From assembly GCF_000315625.1 (NCBI RefSeq), contig NW_005434627.1, positions 397,295-461,294 of the forward strand: a DNA stretch of 64,000 bases, given 5' to 3'. The stretch's first letter is position 1. Each line of letters opens with the position of its first letter. Positions 1 to 12,800 of this stretch are shown in pieces. The translations under genes and the position numbers were made by a program. A model generated the notes under the pieces. The model did no database searches and had not been told where the DNA came from. It worked only from the letters and a program-made list of their open reading frames with translations. Source of the stretch: Guillardia theta CCMP2712. Its lineage: Eukaryota > Protista > Cryptophyta.

Positions 1-1248
1 GAGAACCTCCTTCGTCACCTGTGAGGCATCGTCATGCTCCAACGGGCGACTCGTGCGGGGAACGAACGGGGCTCAGGTTGCTAGTCTTGAGCCACTTAGC
101 GATGGCTGAGTGTTCGTATGAGAACCCATCGGCTGCAAACACCTTATGGCGGGTCAGCAGCTGCAAACGACTCTTGAGAAGCATCACCGGATCCTCCATG
201 ACGTTCCCCGAAATCGGACAGCGGATGCTCTGTTCAACGAGCGCTGCAGGACTGGCGGTCACGATCGAAGAGATAGAAGCCGATGTTGAGGAGATCATCG
301 GCAGTTTGCGGTACCTCTCACTTTGACGATTTGATCCTGAAGTCTAATGACTTCCTCCCTTAGGTCATCTTCAATCGCCCCCGTGTCCTCCACCATCTCG
401 AGTAGCCTCGATATCGTGGCTTCCAGAGATCGTCAGCCTATGCCACGGCACATACAGCAAAAAAATCATACCGGTGCGCTGTTTGTCACAAGATTCGTAA
501 ACTGCCTCAACCACGGCGGAGTCCACAATTCCAAACAACTATGGAATGTCAACGGGGAAGACTTGCTTGTCACTCAGCACCTTGCATAGTTCTGCCAGTT
601 CTTTGGTCTCCCTAGACCGAATTTCTTTCTGGCGGAGAGCCTCTTCCTGCCTAATCATCGATTAGCTCTCTATGAGCCATTTCACCACCTGAATGAATAC
701 CTTGCCCGGCACTTTAAAGCTTCTTCAGTGCCAGGTAACACCTGTTGCACAGTCAGACTCCAACCAGATCATTGATGAGGCATTCGTCTTGAATGTTGAC
801 AGAACAAAGCGCTTACTTGTTCCATGGAGCACCTCGGGCAACGAAACCTTCCCACATTCCCAGGTATAGTCATTAGAAAATCGCAAGCTGAAGAAAACGA
901 TCTCGTGAGTTTTGACATCAGCTTCCAACTTCAGAAGACCAGTGTTTCCGCATCTCACGGCCATCGGTCCTGATCTTGCTTGAGAGTGACCCGGTCTTGC
1001 AAGCTGCACATTGCACCTGCAAACACACCAACTCTCACGGAAGCGCTGCGCAAGCCACAGCAAAGGAACCTGGGACAAGAGAACTGATTGACGTTCTCTG
1101 GCAAGCACATGAGTGTCCCACATTCTACTCGGCCACATCGTATGAAGGTATGTGCTGTCTGACATTGCGGGCAAACAGGTCTGAACACTCGACTGCTAAC
1201 TTTGATGATCGTGCCGCACGAACCGCACTGTAACCTGCGCTTCGGCAT
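1..1248 (-). CDS. Spliced E3 ubiquitin ligase candidate: three LSD1-type zinc fingers + CUE-like domain + U-box (3' end beyond window)
   Basis: Joining GT-AG introns of ~45-75 nt gives MPKRRLQCGSC..CPQC, CGRVECGTLMCLPENVNQFSCPRC, CGNTACDFLMTIPGNVGRFRCPRC (LSD1-like CxxC..CxxC fingers). These are followed by LCKLFGIVDSAVVEAVYESCDKQRTATISRLLEM (CUE-like) and SIRCPISGNVMEDPVFAADGFSYEHSAIAKWLKTSNLSP (U-box consensus). Confidence 0.8.
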
Positions 1249-2119
1249 CCTGACAATCGAATCTAGGAGCTGATAGACTCAATCCTCGCACACAGTACAG
1301 AAATCAGATTTTCCAGGTCGATTCTTCCAAGCCTTCACGGTCTTTCGATGCACAGTTGATCCTGATCAAAACATTCAATTGTGAGCAAACAAAAATTGAC
1401 AAGAATTTCACTAGGAAAAGGTGTACAACGATATGAAATCAAATCACTGCGTTACTACTCATGGCATCTAACTCTGATGTTTCAATGTTTCGATTCCGAG
1501 ACACAAACATCGGCCTGACCGACTCAACCCATCCAACATCGAAGGAAACGTAAGCAAGCAGGAACTGTATGATACAATTAAATGTAGCTACGATCAGAAG
1601 TGATTTCAGCTTTCCCAATGGTCTATTTTGTGAATCTTTGCGAAATACCCTGAGCGCTGGGGTTTGGTAATGCCATTTACACAAACTACATTTTCAACCT
1701 TGCTGCTACGACACACGGACCGTTTAGATCATGATCAGAAGTCACAAGAGCACTCTTCTTCACCTCTTCTCCTTCTACATGCATCACATCTTCTCAGCTC
1801 TACCATGTCTGCGCCACATCTTTCATCCTTCATGGTTGTCTTCCTCGCCCTGCATTCCCCCTCTCCTTGTCGGGTTCCCCTGTGGCATCTCCAGCATCAA
1901 CCCCCCGGAACTAACTACTTTTTTCCTAGAGGGGTACCTCTACTGTGCCCCAAGACACTATATTTGGTGGAAATCGAAATATTTCAAAATTTCGTGAAAT
2001 ATTTGCTTTTGGTTTTTGTATTTTCATGGATCCTTAACAAGGTTTGGAGAATGTTTCAATCAGATTTTAGAATCTTGAATAAATATTGCCCCTCTTGAAA
2101 ACGTTTCTCTTGCAGCCTA

Positions 2120-2935
2120 CTGGCCTTTGGACCCCCCCACCCCTCCAGTTGCCTTGACCCTACTGAAATCATACCCCACCCCCTATTTGGACTACCCTAC
2201 CCCGGTCTTCCCAACCACTGCTCGACATTCCGATCCCCCTATCACCGTCCCAGCACAGGGTGATGGGAGGGTGACGGCCATTTTAAAACACCCCTACCCA
2301 CTGTTTCCCAATGTATCCACTGAAAAAAGGGGTGTAATGGGTACCATTATCTTTATTAAACAAGGGTGTACCCTACCCCAAAATCAATCAAGGTATTCTT
2401 GAAGGACTTTCAAAGTTTTGAACATGTCAACCTATATTTGAAACTCTTAATGTTAACTTTGACAACAGGTTTGTCTACCAAAAAGGATGTTGTCACTACC
2501 CACCACCCTCCTCCCTGCGAGAACTCAATATAGCCGACAAAGGTCTAGAGCAACTACCCCCACCCACTCATATTTCCACCTACCCTTGATTCCACCCCCA
2601 CCCAACCCTCCCTCCTCTCTATACGCTTACACACATCACCCGCTACCCCTGTTGCCCTACCTGTAGCACTCATGACCCCCATCAATGATGAAACCACCCC
2701 CAAGTACCCACAATCTTCCTCGGAAGTCATCTACAATGTACCCCTCCTTACAGGCTTATCTTCACGTTTTGCACCTACACCCTATCCCACCCCCACCCCT
2801 ACCCACTGCTTCTACTTCCAAATTTGGAAGCATCCGGTCTCGGCACGGCGACCGGCCCGCCCGGGGAGCCCTCGGCCCGGTAGATCGGCCGGTGTGACCG
2901 GGCCGAGGGCCGAGTCACTGGTAGAACCGATTCAA
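2120..2935. other. Divergent-intergenic spacer: TACCCC/CACCCC-rich tract followed by a short CCGG-rich island
   Basis: Dense ctacccc/cacccc words at 2120-2815, then cggcccgcccgggg...ccgggccgagggccgagtcactg at 2830-2935. No credible coding frame. Confidence 0.7.
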
Positions 2936-3223
2936 GTAAAATGTACCGAGTTGCTGCCCTAATTGCGAAGTAGATACTGAGGTAATTAGTGTTTGCTGCC
3001 CCTATGCTGTAAAGCGAGAGAGGGAAACAAAGTTTAGTTTTGAGTTTGAGTTGGGCGAACACAGGTGCGAGGTCAGGAGGACAGCAGCTAGTTGAAGACG
3101 AACCAGGTAGATAGAGCGAGAGAGCGAGAGAGCGAGAGAGTTGCAGTAGAGTCAGGAGGAGAGCTTCGGAGAGCAGAGGTTGGACTGCGAGAGCAGCGCA
3201 GGAGGAGCAGACAGTCCATTCGT

Positions 3224-5507
3224 ATGATGCACTCGAAAATCGGTGAGTGGCAATCGCAATGCAGCTACTGCCCCTGCATCCTTTCATTTTCAACGTCCCC
3301 TCCTCCTCCTCCCCTCACCCGCCTTCCCTTTTCTTTCTCTTTCTCTACCCTTCATCCACCTAGCCCCTCTCTACTCCTCCTTTTTTGTTCCCTCCCCCTG
3401 TCCCCTCCCAACCCAACACGATTATCCCCTGATCTCTCCCCGCCCCCCTGCCTCTTCCAAAGCTGGTCCTACTTGCTCTCCTTTGCCATTGAGCTAACAC
3501 CACCTACAGCCTTGGCCCTCGCATTGCTGGGCATCTCTCGCTTTGAGGTAGCTGCTGGGTCGTCGTTGAAGATGACAATTACCACGCCCAAGGTGTTTCT
3601 GTTTCCGGCCTCTCTGTTCTTGTGCTGACAACTTCCTCCCTTTATCCTCCCCTGTCTTCCTCCTCTTCCTCTCCTCTCCCTCTCCTCCTCTCCTCTCCCT
3701 CTCCTTTCCTTCCTTCCTCTCCCTCTCCTCCTCTTCCTCTCCTCTCCCTCTCCTTGCCTTCCTCTCCTCTCCCTCTCCTTTTCTTCCTTCTTCTCCCTCT
3801 CCTTTCCTTCCCCTCCTCTAACCTTCTTGTCACGCTACCTCCCCTCTTCACTTCTGTATTTCCCTTCCTCTTCTGTATTTCCCTACCTCTCGTCTCCTCT
3901 CGTCAATTCCTCCCTCTCGCTACTCTCCCCTCTCCATTTCCATTCCCTACACTTTCCCTGCCGTGCCTCTTTCCTGCTCTCCTGGTTTTGCTCCTCTCCC
4001 TACCTAGACTTCTCAAGGACCAGCACAAGTCGGGATGGTTTTGTTACCTGCTAGCTACTGTCATCGGCTGAGAGGAGGAGGAGACGAGGGAGTGGTACGA
4101 GTGTGATCTGCAATATTTGTCTGGCAGACGTGTTTGTGATGTATGTTTGTCACTGTGGATGTTGTTGTGATGTATGTTTGTGACTATGGATGTTGTTGTG
4201 ATGTATGTTTGTCACTGTGGATGTCGTTGTGATGTTTGTTGGATGTGTTGTTAGCAATCACTCGGTCTCAACTGCAAGGTTTGACTTGTTCGACAGGAGA
4301 ATGCTGATTTAGAAAAGAGGTGCGAGTGAATGAGTTTGAGGAGATGGACGAATGACAAACAGCAGTCAATGAAAGAAAGGATCCAACAGTACGAAAGCTT
4401 GTTGAACGCTGATACAGATGCGGTTGGTGCTGCTTGTAGTGCGTATCAACTTGTGCTGATACATGGATGTGATGCAGATTCAGGAGATGAAGGATGAGAT
4501 GGAAGCCATGAGAGGTGTGTTGTTGATATTGTGATGGCGGGACCTTGACTGGCTTGCTGAAAGAATACATGAAGACAAAGCTCGAGATTGCAGCGAGTGA
4601 AACCAAGGAGCTGAAGAAACGTGCGATGTTACATCAGCCGTGGCCTGAGCTGAAGTTTGTGTTGGATAGAGAACGAGGAACTGCGCAAGAACATCGCAGA
4701 CAAGGTTGGGAGATGTGGTTTCAGTGAGAGCAGGTGATTGATGAGGATGGTTCACAGGGAAAGAAGGATGCAGTCAGCAAGCTTCAGGCTCAGATTGACC
4801 AGATGACGGTACGCTCACATGCTAATCATGGAAGGTGCGGGTGAGAAATTGCTGTCAGGAGCGGCACACCAAGGAAGATTTCGAGCACAAGCAGACGGTC
4901 AAGAGGTTGTGGATGTTTTAAGTGAAGGGAGAAATGTCCTGACTCGAGAGAAGTTTGAACAAGCGTATCTCCAACTTGGGTGCGGCACTCGGGCTTGCGG
5001 GTGAAGATGAAGATCGGGAAGTTTGTGAAGAGATTGATGAAAGTCTTTGTTCGCAGAGTTTTACTTCAACAAGATCTTTCGTCCCGGAGAAGGTGCTGAC
5101 TTGTTTCTGCCTGCTGAACGGATGATGTTATGGTTGAAGATGTTGTGATCTCACCGGAAGAACTCGGTGAAGAGAGGAGGTTGAAAACACTGTGTTTGTT
5201 GACAAGATCTGTAGATGAACTCCACAATGTTATCCAAGAGATCAATCGCGTGCGCATCGGTGAGGAGGAGGAGGAGGAGGAGGAGGAGGATTTCCGGAAC
5301 GGGGAAGGGGAAGGGCTTGAGGGAGGACGAAAAGGAGGAGGAAGGAGATTTTCAGAAGGGAGGAGGGCAAAGCTGGAGGGGAGGAGCAACTGACCATGAG
5401 CAGAATCAGGAATTGTAGACGAGGAGCTCGAGGCTGACGAGGTGCATGTGAAAGGTATTCGGAAAGGAGGAGGACGAGGGGTGATATTTGTTTTGCAGCT
5501 TGATTGA
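3224..5507 (+). CDS. Hypothetical multi-exon protein: N-terminal signal peptide, RLRGG motif, coiled-coil body
   Basis: Exons ATG3224-3242, 3510-3592 and 4008-4094 splice in frame to MMHSKIALALALLGISRFEVAAG...YCHRLRGGGDEGV. Then >10 small E/K-rich exons follow, separated by ~50-nt GT-AG introns (e.g. IQEMKDEMEAMR, EYMKTKLEIAASETKELK, GKKDAVSKLQAQIDQMT). The stop is at 5503 or 5507 depending on the last donor. Confidence 0.6.
4136..4238. repeat. 31-bp intronic minisatellite, ~3.3 copies
   Basis: Unit gtgatgtatgtttgtcactgtggatgttgtt at 4136, 4167 and 4198 with 1-2 substitutions and no spacers. Confidence 0.85.
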
Positions 5508-5698
5508 GTCGGAGATATCAGATGGGACAACAGCGATATTTTGCGAAAATTCTCTTGTTAAGAATGAACGAATATGTTGTTTGCTAGCCTTTGGATCTGT
5601 AGTGACCACCCTATCTCTTCTCTTCTCTTCTCTTCTCTTCTCTTCTCTTCTCTTCTCTTCTCTTCCCTTCCCTTCCCTTCCCTTCTCGTATTCACAAC

Positions 5699-7268
5699 TT
5701 AGTTCGCCTCTTCCTCATCTTGCTTCATATTCTTCTTCTCCATATCCGACTTTATCAACTTTTCCAGCTGCTCGTAAGGGCGTTTGGCCTGTAGCCGATG
5801 AGTCAAAAGGGAGCAGACACCAGAGAGAAACAAGAAACAGAGAGGAGAGGAGAGAAGAGGGAAGAAGAGGGGAGGAGAGGAGGGGAGTGGAGGGGAGGAG
5901 AGAGGAGGGGAGAGGAGAGGAGAGGAGAGGAGAGGAGAGGAGGGGGGGGAGGGGAGGGGAGGGGATGACAAGACAGAAACGCGGGAGAGGAGAGGAGACA
6001 GAAAGGAGAGCAAGACAAAAGGGAGCGCAAGGGGAGAGGGGCAGGAGATCAGGAGAGACTGCGTGGTTAGGGAGCAAGAGGAGAGGAGGTATGGAGGAGC
6101 TGACAAATATCAGACCTCAAGGCCATGGCAGCGGCTGATCACCGCGAGCCCTTCCTCCGTCTTCATCAGATCCTGTGCCATGATGATCAGAACCCCTCCT
6201 GCTCCTGCCCCTGCCCCTGCTCTTCCTGCCCTTGTCCCTGCTCCTGCCCCTGTCCTTACTCCTGCTCCGCCTTCTCTGACCATTTTGACTTCCTTGTTTG
6301 CCTGCAACACATGTCGCCTTGTGTTGAACCCCTGAACTGCTCTACTTCTCTCCTCTTATCCTTCTCCTCCTCCTCCTCATCATCATCATCATCATCATCC
6401 TCATCATCATCAACCTGCATGCTGACGGTACCCTTGTCCTCCGTTAGCGCGGCTGCTGCGGACATGGCGGCTTCCACTGCCTGCTGGTCGGGTACGCGAT
6501 CGGCCTCGAGGAAGACCGAGAGAGTTGAGATGGCGACGAGGCGGAGGAGAAGATCCTAAGAGACGTCAGAAACCAAGAGGAGACGACGAGACGAGCGGAG
6601 ACGAGACGAGACGAGGGGAGAGGAGGAGAGAGGAAGGGAGAGGAGAGGAAAGGCTTACTGTCTCAATCTTTCCCTCGTCCCCTCCGAAAATTCTCAGCGC
6701 TCGCTGCATCGCCTCAACCTGCTCCCGCATCAACCTCCCTCCCTCCTTCCCTCCCTCCCTCCCTCCCTCCCTCCCTCCCTCCCCTCCCTCCCTCCCTCCC
6801 TCACCTTCTCTCCGGCGCAGGCGTAGAGGAGCAGATGTTCCATGCAGACCTCGTGAGCGCCGTTGGAGAATGCGAGGAGAATCGCTTCCTGCGTGCGGAG
6901 ATGAGCAGGAGGAGGAGGGAGCGAGAGAGAGGACAAGGACAAGGAGGAGGACAAGGGAGAAGGACGAGGAGGAGGACGAGGACAAGGACAAGGAGGAGGA
7001 CAAGGAGGAGGTCTTGGTAACCTTGACGCGCTGAGGATCTCTTCCCTGCATGATCGCACGTCCATCTGCTCCCGTAGTGCTCGGGGGCGTCGCATGCTCG
7101 AACCAGAACTTGACTTGTGCTGCAGCAGACAGATTGAGGAGAAGAGGCAGGAAGGAGGACGAAAATGAGGACGAGAATATAGGAGGGGGTAGCGGAGAAG
7201 GTAGAGAAGGAGCCGAAGGAGCATAAGGTGTTGGTGGTGGTGGTGGTGTTTCGGGGTAAGCAGGGAGG

Positions 7269-7321
<53 letters not shown>

Positions 7322-8375
7322 TCAAGGCAGGAGGAGGAGGAGGAGGAATAAAGCAAGAAGCAGGGGAGATCAAACCCTACCAGCCTCCTGCATGGGGACG
7401 GAGGTCAAGGAAAGTTGTCGAGCTTGAAGATCTTGGATGATGCCCTTAAGCTGGCAACATGGATCAGATAAGGAAGGGAGGGGGGGAGGAGGAGGGGAGG
7501 AGGGCAGGAGAGGAGGAGGGCAGGAGAGGGGGAGGAGGGCAGGAGGGCAGGAGAGGAGGAGGGCAGGAGGGCAGGAGGAGAGGAAACACAGCAGGAGAAG
7601 GAAAGGGAAAGGAAGAGGTAGAGAAGGAGGAGGCAGCGGCAGCGGCGGTGGAGGGAGAGAAGGAGGGAAGGTAGAGGAGGAGAAGGGAAAGAGGAAGACT
7701 GATGAAGCAGAGAACAGTAGGAGGAGGAACTTACGTCTTCCTCCTTCGGGGTTGGGAGCTCCGCGAGGAAGAATACAAGTCTCCTCCAGTCGACCAGGTT
7801 GCCTCCTGTCTGATCGAAGGGCTGCAGGAAGAGGAGCAGATTCAGCGAGAGGAGGAAGAGGAGGAAGGAGAGTGAGAGGAGGGAGAGGAGAGGAGGGAGA
7901 GGAAAGAACAGAGGACAAGGACAGAGAGGAAGAGATGAGTAGAGCAGAAGAAGGAAAGGAGGAGGGAAGAGGTGCAGGAGGAGCAGGCGAACCTTCAAGA
8001 AGGCACGAAGTTTTGAGGGCGGGAGGCTGATCCATTCGACCGGGAGAATCTGTGGAGAGAGTTTGTCAGAGAGAGAGAGGAGGAGGGGGCGAGACAGGAC
8101 AGGACAGGCGAGAGGAGAAGGGAGGGGAGGGGAAGGGAAGACAGGAGAGGGGAGGGAGGGGACGAGGACAGCACAGGCGAGAGGAGAGGGGAGGGAAGGA
8201 GGGGAAAGGAGAGGGGACAGGACAGGACAGGACGTGCACCTTCATTCCCGCTATGGACGCAGCCTTATGCAGCGCGTCGGTTAAGATCTCAACGGTTATG
8301 ACCCCTGTGGATGACGCTCTGCGATGAGATCAGAAGCGAAACAGAGAGGCAGGAGACAGGGGAGGGGGAGGGGAG

Positions 8376-8446
<71 letters not shown>

Positions 8447-8561
8447 TGCCTGATGGTTGAACCAGGAGAGGTCGCGAGCAACAGGCTCACGTAGGATGAA
8501 GATAAACCTGCAGTAGTCATCCTGTCAGCTCTCCTCCTCCTCCTCCTCCTCCTCCTCCTCC

Positions 8562-8596
<35 letters not shown>

Positions 8597-9403
8597 CTCC
8601 TCTCTCCTCCTCTCTCCTCCTCTCTCCTCCTCTCTCCTCCTCCTCCCTCCTCCTCCTCCATCCTCGCCTCAGCTCTGGGAGCAGCTCAGCAGGAGTTGTC
8701 CTCCTCAACGATCTGTATCCTTCTGAGTTGTCAAGATCAAGTCGACAAGGGACGGACCTTGCAGCACGATGAGACCTCAGGTATGTCGGAGAGCAGTCGA
8801 CATAGAGGCTCCTCCCTCCTGCTGCTCGTCAAGCAGCGTCTTCCTGTAGCTCCTACCTGTTCTCCTCTCCTCGCATCGCTCGTCCCTTCCCCACATGCTC
8901 GCGTACGCNNNNNNNNNNNNNNNNNNNNNNNNNNNNNNNNNNNNNNNNNNNNNNNNNNNNNNNNNNNNNNNNNNNNNNNNNNNNNNNNNNNNNNNNNNNN
9001 NNNNNNNNGGGGGGGGGTCAAAAGAAGGAGGAAGGAAAAGACCTCCTCCTCCTCTCCTTGCTGGCCGAACAAGAAGTTTGTGCAGTAGTCGATGACAGCC
9101 TGATGTATAAAACATGCAAGGTGAGAAGAGAAGGAGGGAGAGGGAGGAAAGGAAGAGGGAGAAGGAGGAAAAGAAGAGAAAGAGGAAGAGGAATGAAGTA
9201 GGGCAGAGCAGAGCAGAGCAGAGCAGAGCAGAGCAGAGCAGAGCAGAGCAGAGCAGGAGGTACCTTGAGCTTGCCCAGCCTTTCCTTGTCGCTATCCGTT
9301 AATTTCGAGTTGCTTTCTTCATCAACCTGACAAGTTTATAGTAAGAGGATGAAGAAGCAGGAGCAGAAGCAGGAGCAAAGGCAGGAGGAGGAGGAGGAGG
9401 AGC

Positions 9404-9466
<63 letters not shown>

Positions 9467-9819
9467 ACCTCGATGGGGGACCCCTGGATGTCAGGAGCGT
9501 CGTCCATGAACATTTGAATGACGTTGAGAGCCTCGGGCGTTTCTTCCGGCATGTTCCTTCCTGCCCTGTACCAGAAGTAGTCGCGGAGAATAGCTCGAGT
9601 TGCCTGCTGGGACTTGAGGAGGGACGAGGAGCAAGGTAGGGAGGAGGGGAGGGCGGGAGGGGAGTGAAGGAGCGAAGAGCGAGGAGAGGAGAGGAGCGGC
9701 GTGGAGGAGGAGCGAGGGAAGAGGGAAAGAGTACCTGGAAGCGGAGAATTTCCTGTTGCATCATTCCCACAAAGCTCACGATGATGAGCTGCAGATGTGA
9801 TTAGTAGGAGGAGGACGAG

Positions 9820-9861
<42 letters not shown>

Positions 9862-12800
9862 TAACCTGCACATGATCGGACATGAAGGAGTCGCTGACGA
9901 TGGACGTTCGCTCCTCCTCCGCCTTCTCTCGCGATGCGTCGCTGACAGCCCAGAGCTCGTCCTGCAGCAGATCCGCTTGCTCGTGGAGCTCAGACCTGCA
10001 CCAAGACAGTGAGGAAGGAAGGGTGGAGGAGAGGAGGAGGAGGAGGAGGAGGAGAGGAGGAGAGGAGGAGGAGAGGAGGAGGAGAGGAGAAGNNNNNNNN
10101 NNNNNNNNNNNNNNNNNNNNNNNNNNNNNNNNNNNNNNNNNNNNNNNNNNNNNNNNNNNNNNNNNNNNNNNNNNNNNNNNNNNNNNNNNNNNNNNNNNNN
10201 NNNNNNNNNNNNNNNNNNNNNNNNNNNNNNNNNNNNNNNNNNNNNNNNNNNNNNNNNNNNNNNNNNNNNNNNNNNNNNNNNNNNNNNNNNNNNNNNNNNN
10301 NNNNNNNNNNNNNNNNNNNNNNNNNNNNNNNNNNNNNNNNNNNNNNNNNNNNNNNNNNNNNNNNNNNNNNNNNNNNNNNNNNNNNNNNNNNNNNNNNNNN
10401 NNNNNNNNNNNNNNNNNNNNNNNNNNNNNNNNNNNNNNNNNNNNNNNNNNNNNNNNNNNNNNNNNNNNNNNNNNNNNNNNNNNNNNNNNNNNNNNNNNNN
10501 NNNNNNNNNNNNNNNNNNNNNNNNNNNNNNNNNNNNNNNNNNNNNNNNNNNNNNNNNNNNNNNNNNNNNNNNNNNNNNNNNNNNNNNNNNNNNNNNNNNN
10601 NNNNNNNNNNNNNNNNNNNNNNNNNNNNNNNNNNNNNNNNNNNNNNNNNNNNNNNNNNNNNNNNNNNNNNNNNNNNNNNNNNNNNNNNNNNNNNNNNNNN
10701 CCCTTCCCTCATCTCCATTCCTTCGCTCACCTGCCCCCACTCCTTAACCCTCGCTCCATCCTCCTCTCTCCCCTCTGCCTCCTCGCCCTCCCCCCTCTCC
10801 CCACGTTCCTCCTTTCCCTCCTCCTCACCTCCAGCTCAAACGTAGTCTCCACCCCCTCCACTGCTCCAGCAGCAGCCTTGCCACGTCCTCGTGCAGCGGA
10901 AGAACTTCAGGGGGAGGCTTCTCCGGCTCTGCTGCTTCCCCTCCCTCCTTGTCCTCCTCAGCCTTCCCCTCCCCTTCTCCTTCCCCTTCCCCTTCCCCTT
11001 CTCCCTCTCCTTCTCCACCCTTCTTCACGCTTTCCCCCTCCTGCTTGGCCTCCTCCTCCGGCTGTTTCTCCTCTGCAGCCCCCTCCTCTTGTCCCTCTTT
11101 CTCCGCCTTCGCCAGCTGCTGAGCAACAACTTCCTTGACCTGCTCGAAGACCTCTTCCGTACTCCCCTCCGCCTCCACCTCCACCTTGTTGGTGAACCGT
11201 GCGAACCAGGCGTCCAGCGCTGGCTTCTCGTCCAGGTAGGAGGAGACTCTCGTCAGCAGCGACGCGTCTGCCCCGTCCTCCTCCACCACCTCCTCCAGCC
11301 TCGATGCCAGCGCCGAGTCCTCAGGAGGAGGAGGATCGAACTCAATGTGGTAGCAGGCGCCGTCCGGGTCGTCTGGGTCCCGCAGCCTCCCAATCCTCCT
11401 GCGGATGGAAACGTCCCTGCTGACATGCAGCCGGAGGTAGAGCAGGAGGCCGGAAGGAAGGTCCCCCGTCCTCTCCACCTCCTCTGGGACAGGAGGAGCG
11501 AGTCTCGAGTTGGGAGGAAGCGGCTTCGGCGCCACGTGCGCGTCCTCGATGCCGGCAAGTGCCTGCTCAAGATGACGAGCCTGACTGACGGTGGCGGGAA
11601 AGCCGTCGAGGATGTAGCCCTTCTCCTGCCCGACCTCCTTGATCTTCTCGACGAGGAGAGCAACGAGCGTGTTGTCCGGAGCTCCGCCTCCTGCGTTCAT
11701 GGCCTCGCGGATCTGAGGGAAAGTGAGAGGCGGGAAAGGAGGAGGAGGAGAGGGAGGTAGAGGTGGCGGTGGTGGTGGTGATGGTGACGGTGGTGGTGGT
11801 GGTAGTCGACGGCAGGGGCGCGAACGAGGAATGGGAAAATGGGAGGAAGATGGAGGGAAAAGCAGGAGGAGGGCGAGGAGGAGGGCGAGGAGGAGGAAGA
11901 AGAGGAAACAAGAGAAGTATTGACCTGTCCACCAAGAGACTGTCTGGTGGTCAACGAAGGCAGAGGCACTTCTGGCGCCTCCTCCTCGCCCTCCTGCTGC
12001 TCCTTCGCTTCCTCCTGAGCAGCAGCAACAGCCTCGTCGTGCGCCGTCATGACCTCCTCAAAGTCGGCGATGGCCTCCGCAATGCACTTCTGCGCGCGGA
12101 TGATCTGGGAGAGGAAGGAGGTCAGGGGAAGAGCGAGGAGGAAGGAGACGAAGAGGAAAGGACGAAGAGGAAGGAGACGAAGAGGAAGGAGACGAAGAGG
12201 AAGGAGACGGAGAGGAAGGAGACGAAGAGGAAGGAGAGCTGAGAAAGAATAGAGATTGAAGGAGCAGGTTCCAAGTTTGTCAAAGGGAGGGAGAAGATAA
12301 CAAACACAAGGAACAAGAATGCAAGACAGAAGTTTCTCGTTTGTCAAAATCAGACAGGATTGAACAAGATCAGACGCAGACATCATGGGATGACATGCGT
12401 GATAAGACATCAACAGCTCGACCGTGACACAACAATCACTGACATGCGCATAGTCATCATCAGCACCACCACCAATTACAACAACAACTACAAGTACAAC
12501 TGCCAAGAATTCTCCTCCGCGTGTCAAGCAGTCGGACTAACCGTCAGGTCAAACTCGGCCGCAAGCTTCTCAGCCTGGCGGGAGGAGCCGGCGAAAGGAG
12601 CGCCGGCGATGCTGAGACGGTGAGGAGGACGAGGGATTTCGGCGGGAGTGACGGGAGGAGGGATAACCTCGAGTGTCGTGTCGTGAAGATCCTTGACTAA
12701 CTCCCCGAAGATCTTGTTCTGCACAGGAGAGAGTGCTGCTTCCTCCTCCTCCTTCCCCTCTGCCTTCTCCTCCTCCTTCCCTTCCTCCTCCGCCCCCTCC

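Noticed and set aside
4136-4238. 31-bp repeats as a CRISPR array
   Set aside because: Head-to-tail units with no spacers; an intronic minisatellite.
5488-9302. Many long poly-S/P/L/R/G/E ORFs on both strands
   Set aside because: They are translations of CT/GA microsatellite introns of SPEF2. The same applies to similar ORFs throughout the window.
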